Below, one piece after another: positions 38,866-51,699 of a stretch of DNA of 64,000 nucleotides. The position numbers were made by a program, and so were the translations under genes. Origin of the DNA: Takakia lepidozioides. Lineage: Eukaryota > Plantae > Bryophyta. The stretch is from the NCBI GenBank assembly GCA_030704615.1, contig CM060731.1, forward strand, positions 42,222,001 through 42,286,000. The letters are read 5' to 3'. Every line of letters starts with the position of its first letter. Position 1 is the stretch's first letter. The notes below the pieces were generated by a model. It worked only from the letters and a program-made list of their open reading frames with translations. It made no database searches and was not told the origin of the DNA.

Positions 38866-41800
38866 CTACCCATGTGTTGTATCCCGCTGCAAAAGAGTAT
38901 CGACCTCGTTGAAACTCATAGTGGCCTGGTGAATGAAGTTGTCACGTTTGGGATCGCAAACCATCCTCCTCAAAAATATGAAATACAAATGTTTGCAGGG
39001 TATGAATTTACCTCTCTTGCCCAAACTGGTTGATAGCATATTCACAAAATCAGGACATGTGCAATTGGGGAAATTGGAAACCGTGATGTCGTAGGTCCTG
39101 TCATGAACAGCAGATGTGGAAGTGATGATTGTGAATACCCGACCATATCCTGGATCGGGTACTTCCGTGGTGCTTCCAACACGAGCTTGGAGCATTCTTG
39201 CGGACTCCACTTTGCCAAAGTGTTCAGCGGTTGGAGGGAAACGCCGAACGAGCTTTCCATCTCGTTTGGTTGGCCACAAGTCAGGATTTGCCGGGGGGAC
39301 CCGGGAGGACGCAGGAGTAGTAGCACATGCATGGAGTTGGGGTTGTCTCGCAAGGGAAAAACCTGCCTCCTCCAGCATTTCAATCTCCTGAAAGCTGAGA
39401 TGTGTTCCCACCTTCACGGGCCAAACGGTTGGAGGAGATGGCTTCATCACTACGGAAGGACGCACAGTTCCATGCACACATCTGGCACAATCATTTGCGC
39501 AGAACCAGAACTTGTGGTTCTTGGCTTCTGGTTGACCGTATGGACGCATCAAGCCCGTGAAAGTCGGAGCAGGAGTTCGGGCACCACCTCTGGATATAGA
39601 TGAAGTGCACTTCTCGAAATTAGTTGCCCTGATCGCTGTACATTTCACACGAGACCCGACACTTGTGCGTTCTATGTGCCAAACGTGGTCGGGGCATGCG
39701 GACTCAAGCACATCAAGGGGGTTGTTTCTCTCCTGCACCATTTCAGTGGCACGGTTTGATGCTGGAGCTTGCCGTCGTGTTGGAGGTTCCTCCACAATGG
39801 AGGTTCCGGACACGGAGCTGTCATGCAGGGGAACACGAGGCTTCGAGAAGTTATCACGGTCTGCCCTGTGGGAATCTGAATCCGAACCAGGTGGAGTGTT
39901 CAATTTCCTCTTACAGGAGCCGAATCTCTCCTCCCCTTCAAGATGTGGAACTCTAGAAACAAGTGGCGTTCCCTGGGCATACATGCTCACCGCCCGTGCT
40001 ATCTTGATTGGATCCCCAGATCTGTTTGCAGCACGCAACATCAACTCCGATTTGTCCGGACCCTTGCCACCAACCCCACCTCGTAAGAAATCACGGTATC
40101 GGGTTTGTTGTTGCAAGGCACGTATCAAATCATCTGTTGTTGCCACATACAAATCCCGACCTCTTTTCCCAGACTGCTGCAACCATGCATTGTGCACAGT
40201 TTCTGCCAAATTGCAAGATGGCATGTCTGCCATTTCCTCAATGGACATGTTCTGCAAAGAGGATAACCACACTTCAGAATAGTGCACAGGAAACAACAAA
40301 AAGAAAGCAACAAAAATATGGAAAGCAAATGTATGAATAAAGCATGAAATAGAAGCCTCGTACCATTGTCATGGCTGCTCCCCACTGTCTATACCGGAAG
40401 TGCCAAAACGCCAGCCAATCTTCCAATGCTCTCATACTCTCAAGTGATGCAGCTCCAGAAGAGAACCACCAGGCACGAATTGTCTGGAACAAAGTGTCCG
40501 CCTCCTTCATTGTTCTAGCATCTTTGTACTCTTTGCACAATTTACGGTGCTGAGTCTGCATCTCTGGTTTGATGTCCGACTTTGTATGTTTTTCCAGAGA
40601 TTGTGTCCAATGGAATAGACATGTACGCTCTCTTCCTGGCATAGGCACTTTTGGGTCGCCCGATCCGAAGACAATACGAATAGCATTGAAATTTGCTTGA
40701 GCACTATCCGCCATGAAACCTGCGAAATTTGGAGATGGTAGCCCATGGCAGCCCATGACACGTATCAGGGAATTCCACATGAGCTTCTGGGATTCCATAT
40801 CCTCGGATTGCATGTCACAAACTGCAATTGTCATAACTCGTTGGTACACTGGATCGTAGACATGACAAGCCATTGTCGTCCAATCCTTCACTCGTTTCAC
40901 ATGATCAAATATAAGAAAACAGTTCTGCAAGTCCCCAGTCTTCTGCATCCGCTTCACGAGGCTAACCCCACTGCCCTCCCCAACAGTCGACATTTTGAAA
41001 AGAAAAACTTTGATGGCACCTTGACCTGGGAATACATTGTCCTGGATGTAATCGTACTTGCTCAGTCGTTTCAATTCCAAAATATTATCTATGTAGCCTC
41101 TGATCCCAGAGCCCATTCTCAATGCATTGATCTGATGCCGAATGTTAGGTGAACTTAAAGTGGAGAAATGATCCATGACCAGGTTCAATGCTGTACCGTC
41201 AAGTTTAGTCCCCACAGAATCTCCTTCACTCAAAATATGGCTTCCAAGAAGGACTTGCTTGCGCCAAGAGCAATTGCAGATGTTGTTGCGGATGGGTTTC
41301 TCCCGAACTCCTGTTTGATCAACCTCGATACTGTCTCAACACTCTCCCTGTAATCCCCCTTCGAGACAGGATGGTTATGGAATCCAAAATGCACACAAGC
41401 TCTCGTCATTGTATTCAAACGGTGGACAACATAGTACATTCTTGCTCCGCAGAGCGCCAAGCAGGATGGCACAAGTTTGCAGAATTTGCAGACGAAAGTG
41501 TTTGCCGGTGGAGGGCAGTCCCAGGCTGAAATGGATTCTCTGCCAGACCCTCCCATTCGCTTTGATTATGAACTCCAGACTGAAGAAAGTGTCTGCAATT
41601 CAAATTATCACACCTAAGGTGTCCATTGCAAACTGTCCTCCTGAAAACAAGCTTGTCATCATTCTGAATATTGGATGTTTTTGTTCTGCACCACGGGTGC
41701 CCGTCGTGTTTCTTGTCCATTCCATGCATCATGATTGTTACACCTCCAACTCGCGGAGGAGGAGGCAGCTCGAATAGGATATCGCCATCAAAAGTCTCCG

Positions 41801-42373
41801 GCAAGAACTTCACAGGCACCTGCTTCAAAGATTCCCAATCAATTCCCCGCAACTCGTTTTGAATCCAGCCATTCCTCCCATCGCCCGCAATTTTGGAATG
41901 ACACTACAAATCTCTTCTTCATCAGCTTCTGCAACCACAGTAGGAAGGACTGGATTTGGAATTTCACTTATGTCATCATCGGAAGAATCCGAAAGCTCAA
42001 CGATTGGAGTGGAGGACGTCTGTTCTTTTTTCACCACCACCTCCCTCTTGTCTTCAACGACCGAAGCAGCAGTCCCGGGCGTCACATATGACCCAAGGGA
42101 CTTTCGCCGAGGCTCTCCAAGTACTCTGTATCGACCAGGACGCACTCTCCACTGGCTGATATGAGCCGTCTCATCACGGTTTTGGAAAGAATATTTCACC
42201 AACTTCCCTTTCAGATCGTAAACCTCTTTCTCCAAAAAGATGGAGCCATTCTGCAGCTGAAAACGGGTAGCCAAGACATGTTCCAGAACAATTGCAAATC
42301 CATTGTCAAGGACTTCCTGGGAGAACGGCACTGGTTTGTCGTCTGAGAAGAACTCCGCTTCAGAGGAAGCCAT
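38866..42373 (-). pseudogene. MULE transposase with GCM/WRKY-like N-terminal Zn domain and C-terminal SWIM; one intron (40363-40252), three apparent frameshifts (~41850, ~41520, ~41235)
   Basis: HDGHPW..CNGHLRCDNLNC..CKFC..HFGFHNHP; FLIFDH..FMADSAQANFNAIRIVF..CLFHW; CNLAETVH; SWIM CTCPDF..CKHLYF. Confidence 0.85.
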
Positions 42374-43228
42374 CTTCCTTCCTCGAGTATGTTTGTACCT
42401 TGCTATCGCAGATCTAGTGTAAATCGGTTTACTGCTGTCTCCAGAACACAGTTGAAGAATGAGCAGAGCATATGGCGGAGGAAGCTCAGATAACGACTGT
42501 GCATATTCTGTTATTCATTCCAGATATGCAGCCGTCCATTTTAATTACTTTTCTTGTGGGCCCAGTGGTCAGAGAATCCATAGGGGCAGTGTCGGCAACT
42601 GTTAAACCGTTAATCAGAACCTCATCAATAAACCCAATAACAAAGCCGACTTCCTGGAAGCATGCCACAGGATCCGAGAATGGGATTGCAGATTAAGTAA
42701 ATGTATCTATATACTACTACCAATGATCATGCGCACCTGGAAAGTTCCAAATGTGCAACGAATGTGGGGTTTGGATAACAAGGATGACCGTGTATGATAT
42801 TCCAAAATTTGTCATCAAACTCTCGTTCATTTATATTTATTTGTTTAAGACTGCGCATCAATTTCTGGGATTCGCTGTTCTTTTTAAATATTGAACCAGT
42901 TATAATTTAGAACACGCCGTTTTGTTTTGGGCGGCACACGTCAGACATCCATAACTGAATACGAACAGCTGTACACCAATTGCTGGCATGTGCACTAATA
43001 TCGAAACGACTATGTGTAACGGTCACGCGGGAGGGAATCCGATGCTTCTAGAGACACGCAAGAACACAGGCAATCCCGCAAGAAATCGGGAGTCACTGCG
43101 TTTTTCTACTTTTCGCGCTTAGAGGGAGAGTGGTAGTCAAGCTGGAGAGGGTTCCTTCTAGAATACGAAAGAGAAGAAAGTCTCTTTATTTTACTTCCCT
43201 TAGAGAGAGACGCAGAGCAAGAGAGAAA

Positions 43229-46200
43229 ATGACGAGGCGTCGTTTGTTGGAGAACACAGGGCCAAGGCAGCAGGTGAACGCGGAGACTGATTCACAAGAG
43301 CAGACGGAGACTGAGGCAGCGGCTGCGACACAGCCGGCGATAAGAGTGCGCCAGCCTGTGGAGGCAGAGATGAATCGCAGGGACACTGAAGAAGGTGGAA
43401 GCACGCGGAACGCCGAACCTGAAGAAGGTCAAGAAACCCTTGCGCAGACAGAAACTCCAGCAGATGTGAGAGGGAAGAGGAAAGCTGCAGAAGGGGATCA
43501 AAGTTCAAAACCTAAGAAGGTGCCAGTAAGTTTTATCATATAGTCTATGTGATTGCCTTTCAAGGAGTCCTTCCTCTTCCATTCTTTAGCAGGAACTACT
43601 GAATCGCGAGCGTCGTTAACGCCATTCGATTCTGCTCATGAGATTTATGTACCTATGTGTTTGAAGAGAGAGTCTGCACTTACTATTCTAAACTATACTG
43701 AATGTCCCTAAACTACACTGAATGTCGTTGCCGCCAATCAGTTGCACATATATGTCATTACACAACACCGATCCGGCAGGTTGTTATCTTTTGTGATTGT
43801 CGTTAACGCCGTTCGCTATCGCTCTCACTTTTGTTTTGAATACGGCAGTCTCGGCTTTGCATGTGTAGATTGTGCTGAATTCTTTCACACCATTCATGGT
43901 GAGTTTCCTTGATACAGAGTGATTGTCGTTACCGCCATTCACTATTTGCAAATGACTTAGTCAGAACTGAATGGCATCGTGCAGAAAACTGTGAGGTCGA
44001 AGCCTACAGGATCAGAGGGGAAAGGATCTGGAGATGGGGACGAGTCCGCAAAAAGCTCAGAGAATACAGATGAAGCAGATGAATCCGAAGTGCACTACCT
44101 TGACAAGGTGAAAGAACTCATGTCATTCCAGAAGGTAAACTCTCAGGAGGTTATAAGGGACATGCTCGTATCTGGAGGGCGTCTGGACATACCTCTGTGC
44201 CGGATGATATCAATGCCTGTTGTGCGTCCACCTCTTTCCCATGACATAACAAAATTGGAGAGTGATTTTGTGCATGGATATAGACTTGGTGCACAAGTTT
44301 TTTATGTGTCACTGACGGATATAAATGGGAAAAGCACATTAGTTTCTCCAGAGATCAGTGATAACTGGGATGAGTGCTGGAAAGATGCCAATGAGGAGTT
44401 CGAGCTGGGCCTCATGATGGGAAAGAACACCCAGCAATTTTGCAACCACATGTTCTACGTCTGGGACGGCAACCACCGATTGCTGGCATGGATGGGATAC
44501 ATTCAGAAACACCATTCGAAAGACAAAGACAAGCATGTTGCTGTGGAGGCAATGGTTTTGGATCCAGGAAACGACATCGCTAGGCTTCTTACAGCTATGC
44601 ACGACGTGAACAAGTAAGTCATCCAGGAGATTTGATTCCCTCTGTAGTGTCTTGTTGATCCTCAAAAAACAGTGTTAAGGAATGCAATGTTTTCAATGTT
44701 TTTGCAGATCGACAGAGAAATCGCATGTGACAACAAGCTTGGTTCACACACTATTCCGAATTCAGAGGATTGGTCTGATGAAGCTGGATGATTTTCGGAC
44801 AGTACTACCACCCAATATCATCAAGAAGTGCGAAACAGGAAGAGCTGCAGGCACTTGGTATTCTTTGACACGAGAGGCGTTTCTGGAGTACATGTATGCG
44901 GTAAGCCCGAGTCTGTAATCTGTTTACTTTTCGAATACATGTTTAGAGTCCCTTCGGAGCTAATCACTACTTGAATGAATGCAGCAAGAACTGGCAGAGG
45001 CAGCTGAGAAGGGAAAATCCGAATATTACCGCACTACACCAGAGGAACTAAGGACATCAAAGGGTGTGGAAGCTGCAATAAAGAAGGAGTTTGAGATGCG
45101 AAGAACCAAATTGATGTCAGCCTTCGGAAAGCAGCTTAGAATAGTAGATCCTGGACTTGGTCCTGAGTTCCTTCAGCAGATCAAAACACACTATGACAAG
45201 CATGTGCATCCGGAGATGCAGCAGGAGAAATTGCACCGGCTGGCCATATCGATGGTCGACCCACAAACAAAAATAAGGTGGCTGGAGATATGGAACTCAG
45301 ATCAAACAGTAAAGGACTTGAATCAGTTCCCAAAGAGCACCATACAGCCTGGCACAAAGGTGGAAGGAATCAGTGATTTGGTGTTTGATAACTGGCTCCA
45401 CAAGGCTACATTTTGGAGTCAGGTGTGTATTCGAACATGCTGTTTCTTATCTTCAAGTATGTGATGTGTTTCTTTTTTGCAATTCTGACAAATATTCTAT
45501 TTGCAGCTCGAAAAGCGCGCCGTCATTGTGCTGGATCAGACTTTGAAGGACCTGAACATTGCGATTGTTTCCCCTCCCCAAATGTCATTGGAGGCATACA
45601 TAAGGAAGTGGAGAGGTCTCACCTGGAGATACTGTTTTTTCCGGGAGTTCTCCAAAGATGGTAACATTTTACGGTCCAACGACTTTGACAGTCAGGTTGG
45701 AGGAGAGTGGGCCATGATGCGAGTTGTGTACAGGTGAAATGTCATACTTGAAACTCTACTGTTTTTTTGGGAAAAATTGTGGCTTCATATGGATTGCAAT
45801 CTTAGATCCAGATTGAATGTCGTTGACGACATTCACTTCTTTGTCTGAGTCATTCTTAAGCGAGTATATGAATTCACCTGGTTAGGATCTAAGGGTGCAA
45901 TTATATTGTCCCTGATTAGAATTGATAATGTCCTTGAATGGCGTTGACGACATTCACATACGGAGTTGTTGTGCGGTCCTCAAGGTTATTTAAATTTTTG
46001 TAATGTCCATAGAGGATACAATGAGGGTTGATCACTTCATTTTGCTGAATGTCAATGCAGACATTCAGTTGTTCTGCATTGTTTTTTCCTCTTGCGATGA
46101 ATATGGAGGCTTCATAAGCTCTGTTTTAAGAAATCCAAAGTGAATGTCGTTGACGACATTCACAGCTGTGTCTGTATTATTAAAAAACGACAAATTCAAT

Positions 46201-48551
46201 ATTCATGGATTGGGGAGCTAAGTAATTGGTTTCTTTTTTGTATTTTTGTGAATGGCGTTGACGCCATTCACATACAGTGATGTTGTGAGGTCCTCAGTGA
46301 TAGGTTCGTTATGAATGTGCATTGAGTTTTCCTGGATGGTTCCTTACTCAATTTTTTTATTTCCATCCTGTGATTTTGCTTCATTTCAGTAATAATTTGG
46401 CTTCATTCTTGAATGTCGTTGACGACATTCACTTCTATGTCTGTGTCATTTCTAATCGCTTATTTGCATTCACCTGGATTAGGATGTATTTACAGTGTCA
46501 TGGAATGGAATGTTCTGAATGGCGTTGACGACATTCATATCTGGAGCAGTAGTGTGGTCCTGAAAGGTCCTTGGAGCAGTTGTCAGAGCCATTTCAATCC
46601 ATGTTTTATTCTTTCTGTTCTACTTGCATCTTACTCACTGAGCGCTTTTGTGGGTTGGGATTCATCTCTTTTTTCAGGTACACGAAATATGTGCTTATGG
46701 AAGGAAATCACCTGAGCGGAATTCCCGACTATCTTGACATGTGGTCGGACCCTGCAAACGATCCAACCATGTATACTGCAGGGATATTGAAGGACTGGAG
46801 TCCTTCTCACTTCAGAGACTGTGGGTGGTACCTTGACTGCCCACCTGAGCACACGACCTTTCAAGAACAGCATATGAAATACTTGAACAATAACGCTGAG
46901 ATGCTGGCGCCTTTGACTGACGAAGAGTATCAACGAAACATAGCAACCTTGGCTGCCAAGGAGCCTGATGCTCAGGGAACGCCGCAGAAGGGAAAGAAGG
47001 CGGGCCGCAAACCAAAAGACAAGGCTGTTGATGTCATAGCCATCTCACCAGCAAAGCCAAAGGACAAAGACAAGTCCAAAGAGAAGGAAAAGGACAAGGG
47101 GAAGGAGAATGAAAAGGAGATGGAGAGTGGGCAGGACTTTACTGCTGGAAGATATACCCGCACTCTTCAGTGCGTGTTCGATGCCAAGCCACACCCTTCC
47201 CGTTCTGATTCAGCAGGAGAGATGAAAATTGTTAATGAGGGTTGGCTTTCGATGATGCAGAGTCGAAAGAGAGGATACACTGGGGTGCCATCCCCTACCT
47301 GGGACAATATAATCTCATTCCTCAATCTGGTGAGAATTCCATTTTCTTTCCTTTTTCTCTGAATGTTTCGTTGGCAGTATTTCAGTCTCGTTCTTTGAAA
47401 ACATTCTTGCCATCGTTCTTATAAAAAACATGTCTGTTGCAGGTGAGCACAGGTCCCACCTTCGTGTGCGGTGTGCAGAAAACTTATGCGGCCGACATTG
47501 TCATTCTCGACATCCCGGATGGCCAGGCTGTGCCAGAAGTTCTTCCAAAGGGCAAGACGCCAGGGTGGAACAAATTCGAGGACAACTACTGGAGTTGGGT
47601 ATTCGGGTTCTGTAACAATTTCCTCTCTGATGCAGGGACACTTCTGCTTTTTCAGTCATGTGACAATGATAGTCGTCGGGCATTGGCATCATACCTCAAG
47701 TCTTCAGGGTTTGAAGTTTTGCGCACATGGAATTGTGTGAACAGCCTCTACCTTGTGAAAGGCGGTTTCCCTGGTCAGCTGGTATGCCGTCTGCCTTCTG
47801 CTTATGCTTTGATCATGAGTTTCAATTTTCTCTGCAGCTCCACTCTAGTAGAATGTTTTATGATCGACACCGATCATCAACGATTCATGGTTTTTTGGTG
47901 TCAGAGTTCTGAATAGCCGATGTACACACTTCCACTTTAGATTGTGTTTACCACACTAACCTGCTATCTTTGGCAGACGAGGATGTTCGAGGCGATCTGC
48001 CTGCGGAGGATTCGCACATCAAAGACACCATCCTCCATCCGCAGCTTTGAGATTTCTGACCAGGGTTGTTTCGTCAACCCCCCCTATGAGCCCCATGTCG
48101 ATGACATTTTGTACAACTTCATGCAGTCCAGTCAGACTCTGAAGAGACCAGATGGCACTCCCTGGAGAGGTGCAAAGGAAAAGTCACCAGCATTCATGCA
48201 AATACTGCTGGAGTCATGCAGCCACCGCTCTGCACGGGTTGTCGATCTTTCTGTGTCCACAGGTTCGTTTTCTCCCTTCCGAATTGGTTTCCTTTCAACA
48301 GTTTCATCTGCTTAAATCCCCTCCTCCAAACTGTTTATGTTCTCCTGTCTGGTGCAGGAGCAACTTACCACGCATGCAAGGCAGGCGGAAGAAGCCTTTT
48401 TGGTATGGAGGGTGATTCTGACCTCTACAACACAGTGCTCCTCCCCCTTTTGTCTGGCTCCACTTCAGGCACACAGACTGATCGGATTCATATTCGAAAT
48501 GATGACGATCCCGAAGATAAGCAGGTCGACAACGACTTTTCATGTGAGTAA
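43229..48551 (+). CDS. 9-exon ~1082-aa cargo protein: ParB/Srx-like domain + beta-class N6A/N4C DNA methyltransferase-like domain
   Basis: Exons 43229-43519 (or -43525), 43985-44613, 44708-44900, 44985-45422, 45507-45733, 46678-47329, 47443-47781, 47977-48262, 48358-48551; all GT-AG, phases compatible, 3249 nt open; motifs VRP..FYVWDGNHRLLAW, ADIVILDIPD, FLSDAGTLLLF, EKSPAFMQILLESCS..RVVDLSVSTGATYHACKAGGRSLFGMEGD. Confidence 0.8.
45815..46536. repeat. Intronic array of 7 palindromes, consensus GAATGTCGTTGACGACATTC
   Basis: Copies start at 45815, 45936, 46047, 46142, 46250, 46411, 46517; four looser copies in intron 1 (~43608, 43720, 43795, 43921). Confidence 0.9.
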
Positions 48552-51500
48552 GTGCTAAACCCTCTTTGGGAGTCATACTCAATTTCTCGATAACATCAAA
48601 GTTACAGTAATAACTTTTTCAGGCTGTCTTTCAGGAAAGCCAGCGGTGGATCTTCAGGAGATACAGTCATTTCTGGCGAGTCTGTTTTCGACAGCCCCCT
48701 TTCCAATTTTCTGCTCCCTGTTTATGCCGAAGCAATGGCACTTCACGCGTCCGAGTCCCTATCCCCTGACTTTTTAGTGGCCAGCCGTAGGTGTATTCCG
48801 CGTGGATCCGGTGTTCTAAAATACTTAGACTTAGATGCAGAGGAAGAGGGGATACATTGTACTGACTCTGAGTCAGACTGAACTGTATTCTTTTAATATT
48901 CATTTTCATATTATCTGGAAACGTTGAATCCCCTTACTCTACCGTAGTTGTTCCTTTAGAACAAATAATAATCACAGAATCAACTTTCGTTTAAATTGCT
49001 ATATGTATGAATCCATCTCACAAACCTTCCTGACTCTTCTCATATCCATTGTGCATTCATCTACACTGTATTCATGCGTGCTCCATTCATGAAAGCTTCC
49101 TTTGTACAACATCCATTGTACATTCATCCTCTGTACTCTTTAATCCACCCCACAAACCTTCCACACTCATTTCATATACTTTGTGCATTCGTCAAAAGAT
49201 TTGGTCATGCATCTTCCTGTCATGAATTTTTGTCATTGCTCAACATCCATTATACATTCATCCATTTTACTCTTATCCATCCGTCATTCATCCATCTACA
49301 TAGATTTTTCAAACTCATCCATCTGTTTATCATCCAACTGTACATTCATCCATCATTTATTCAATGCCTTTTATTATGTCGTCCAGCTTGTTTCCGCGGT
49401 AAAGGGTGCCAATCCGCGGGAATACACTCCACTTCTTTCTGGGTGCGTGGTGACTCGGCCTCCACGTGTGATGACGTGGACTGAGACCCGTGACGTGGCA
49501 TTTGCGCAAGGTGACGTGGCGTGAGCGCAGTCGCGCTCACGCGCTCACGTGACCAGGCTCACGCCGAGGCATCCCTGCATTCAACGATGCGGTTCACAGA
49601 CGAGCTGGAACCGTACATTTTAATGGAGGATCTTCGCCATATTCAAGCAAACATTACGTTTGCACAGCTCATAGCCATGGCGCCCACAGTCCGCCATGCT
49701 CTTAAGGCATCATTGGTGAGGAAGCGAGTGAGCACTTCTGCTCAGACCCACCATATCAATGCGCACATCGACCCTGGACCAGTAGAGATAGAAGTGGAAA
49801 TTGCTGACCGATTCATACGGCGTTGTTTAGTGGATGATGGGAGCTCAGTCAACATCATGCCATTCTCCACTCTATCCAAACTAGGGTTGAACATGACAGG
49901 GGACTCCCCTCTGACAATCAGGCTAGCTAACCAGCGGAAGATCCAACCAATGGGTCACAAGTAGCAAATGTAAATATGAAGACCGGAGGCTACACATATG
50001 CAGTAGACTTCCAAATCATAGACTTCCCCATCGACGAATACTCGTATGCACTCCTATTAGGGAGGCCATGGTTGGTCCAGTCCACGGCACGAACGGACTG
50101 GGGGGCAGGCACCATTACTTATGGGGTAAGACCTTACACTACTACAGTTGCATTTCTTTTTGGAGCACCTCACGAAGAATCGGATGAGGATGAGCTCAAC
50201 ATGATTGGCTCTGAAGAGGAGTCTGCAGACTTGAGTGAGGCGGATTTGTGGTCAGAGGGAGAGCTCCTCCCCACCTCGTACGCCCACCGAGTTTTAGCAA
50301 CAGCGGCCGCGCCTCACAGGGAGGTTAAGTGAAGAAAGGTAGGACTAGAAGACGCAGTCAAGTCTCTAGGACCGGGATTGTATGAATGTGAGTCTGATGC
50401 AGACTGCATTGCCTGGTTGTTCGGAGAAAACCAAGGCAGGGAAGTGATGGTACACTCGGTATCAACCGAGGCACTTCCAGAGTTCGAGTCATTGACCGAA
50501 CTTTTTTCTATATCCGCCGAATAGGTTGGTCTGCAGGAACAAGAGATTCCGCAGGAGGAAAACGGCAAGATTCTGGATATGAGAATTGTAGAGGAGGTCG
50601 ACCTAGAAAGGGATGTCCTGAAACATAGCGCCCCCTACATTCCTTATTTGCGGCAGGGATCAAACGGATCTCGATTTGAGCCAAGGTCGTGTTTCACATC
50701 GGAACCAATGACGCAGTTGATCGACATGGCAATTGGAGGAGAGTCACCAAAGATGGTGAAGGTGGGAGCCCACTTGACAACAGAGCAGGCCTTGGAGTAT
50801 CAGGCACTGTTTAAGGAATTTCGGGACATATTTGCATGGTCCTACACCAAATTGAAGGGAGTGCCTTCTTACGTAGCAATGCATTCCATTCCTCTGATTC
50901 CGGGAGCCACCCCAAGACGACAACGCGAGAGGAGGGTGAACCCCAACTTAGCACTGCTCATTATAGCAGAAATTGAAAAGTTGCTGGCCGCAGAATTTAT
51001 TTTTCCGGTGGAGACATCAACATGGGTGTCCCCGATGGTGATCGTCCGAAAGAAGAATGGAGGCCTAAGGGTATGCGTGGATTTCCGCCCCCTTAACAAG
51101 GTAACACACAAGGATCATTTTCTCTTGCCATTCATAGATACTTTGGTGGAAGAAGTAGCAGGAAATGAGCTCTACTCCTTCATGGATGGGTTTTCAGGGT
51201 ACAATCAGGTATTGATTGACCCGAAGGACGTGTTGAAGACCACCTTTACTTCACCATGGGGCACTTTTGCTTATACACGGATGCCCTTTGGCCTGTGCAA
51301 TGCACCCCTGACATTTCAGAGGGTCATGACGTATGCCTTCTCAGACATTGTGAGAAGAAATTTGGTCATCTTCTTAGATGACTTTTGTTGCAATGGGGAT
51401 GCAAAAGATCACGTTGCAACATTACAAGAGTGCTTTATCTGGTGCAGGGAGAATGGATCTCTCTCAACCCAATGAAGTGCGTGTTTGCAGTCACACATGG

Positions 51501-51699
51501 ACTGCTACTAGGGCACATAGTGTCCAAAGATGGCGTGGCGACAGATCCAGCAAAGATGAGCGTCATAGTCAAATTGCCCGCACCTGAGACATCGTCTAAG
51601 GTGAAAGGGTTCCTTGGCCACACAGGGTGGTATAGGAAATTTATGGACAAGTATGCAGCAGAGGCCTTACCTCTGACTCGATTACTGAAGAAAAATACA

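Larger units (their letters stand above)
38216..49575. mobile_element. Mutator-like element (MULE), 11,360 bp, two divergent genes
   Basis: 11-bp TSD TGCATTCAACG (38205-38215, 49576-49586); imperfect TIRs GGCGTGAGC..CACGTGAGCGCG.GAGCG; MULE transposase inside; host ORF restored on removal. Confidence 0.9.

Noticed and set aside
38866-42373. Zisupton/KDZ transposase (because of SWIM and Cys clusters)
   Set aside because: FMAD..A..NAI..VF..CLFH core and 11-bp TSD fit Mutator better
45815-46536. CRISPR-like array (palindromic repeats with spacers)
   Set aside because: Spacers are 75-141 bp, irregular and partly similar to each other (e.g. CACATAC..GTTGTG.GGTCCTCA); no cas genes; lies in a spliceosomal intron
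43229-48551. Bacterial or phage contamination explaining the ParB-MTase
   Set aside because: Eight phase-consistent GT-AG introns and location inside a TSD-flanked MULE nested in a plant Gypsy element
48990-49380. 136-aa His/Ile/Phe-rich ORF
   Set aside because: Product of CATCC/ATTC low-complexity subterminal sequence of the MULE
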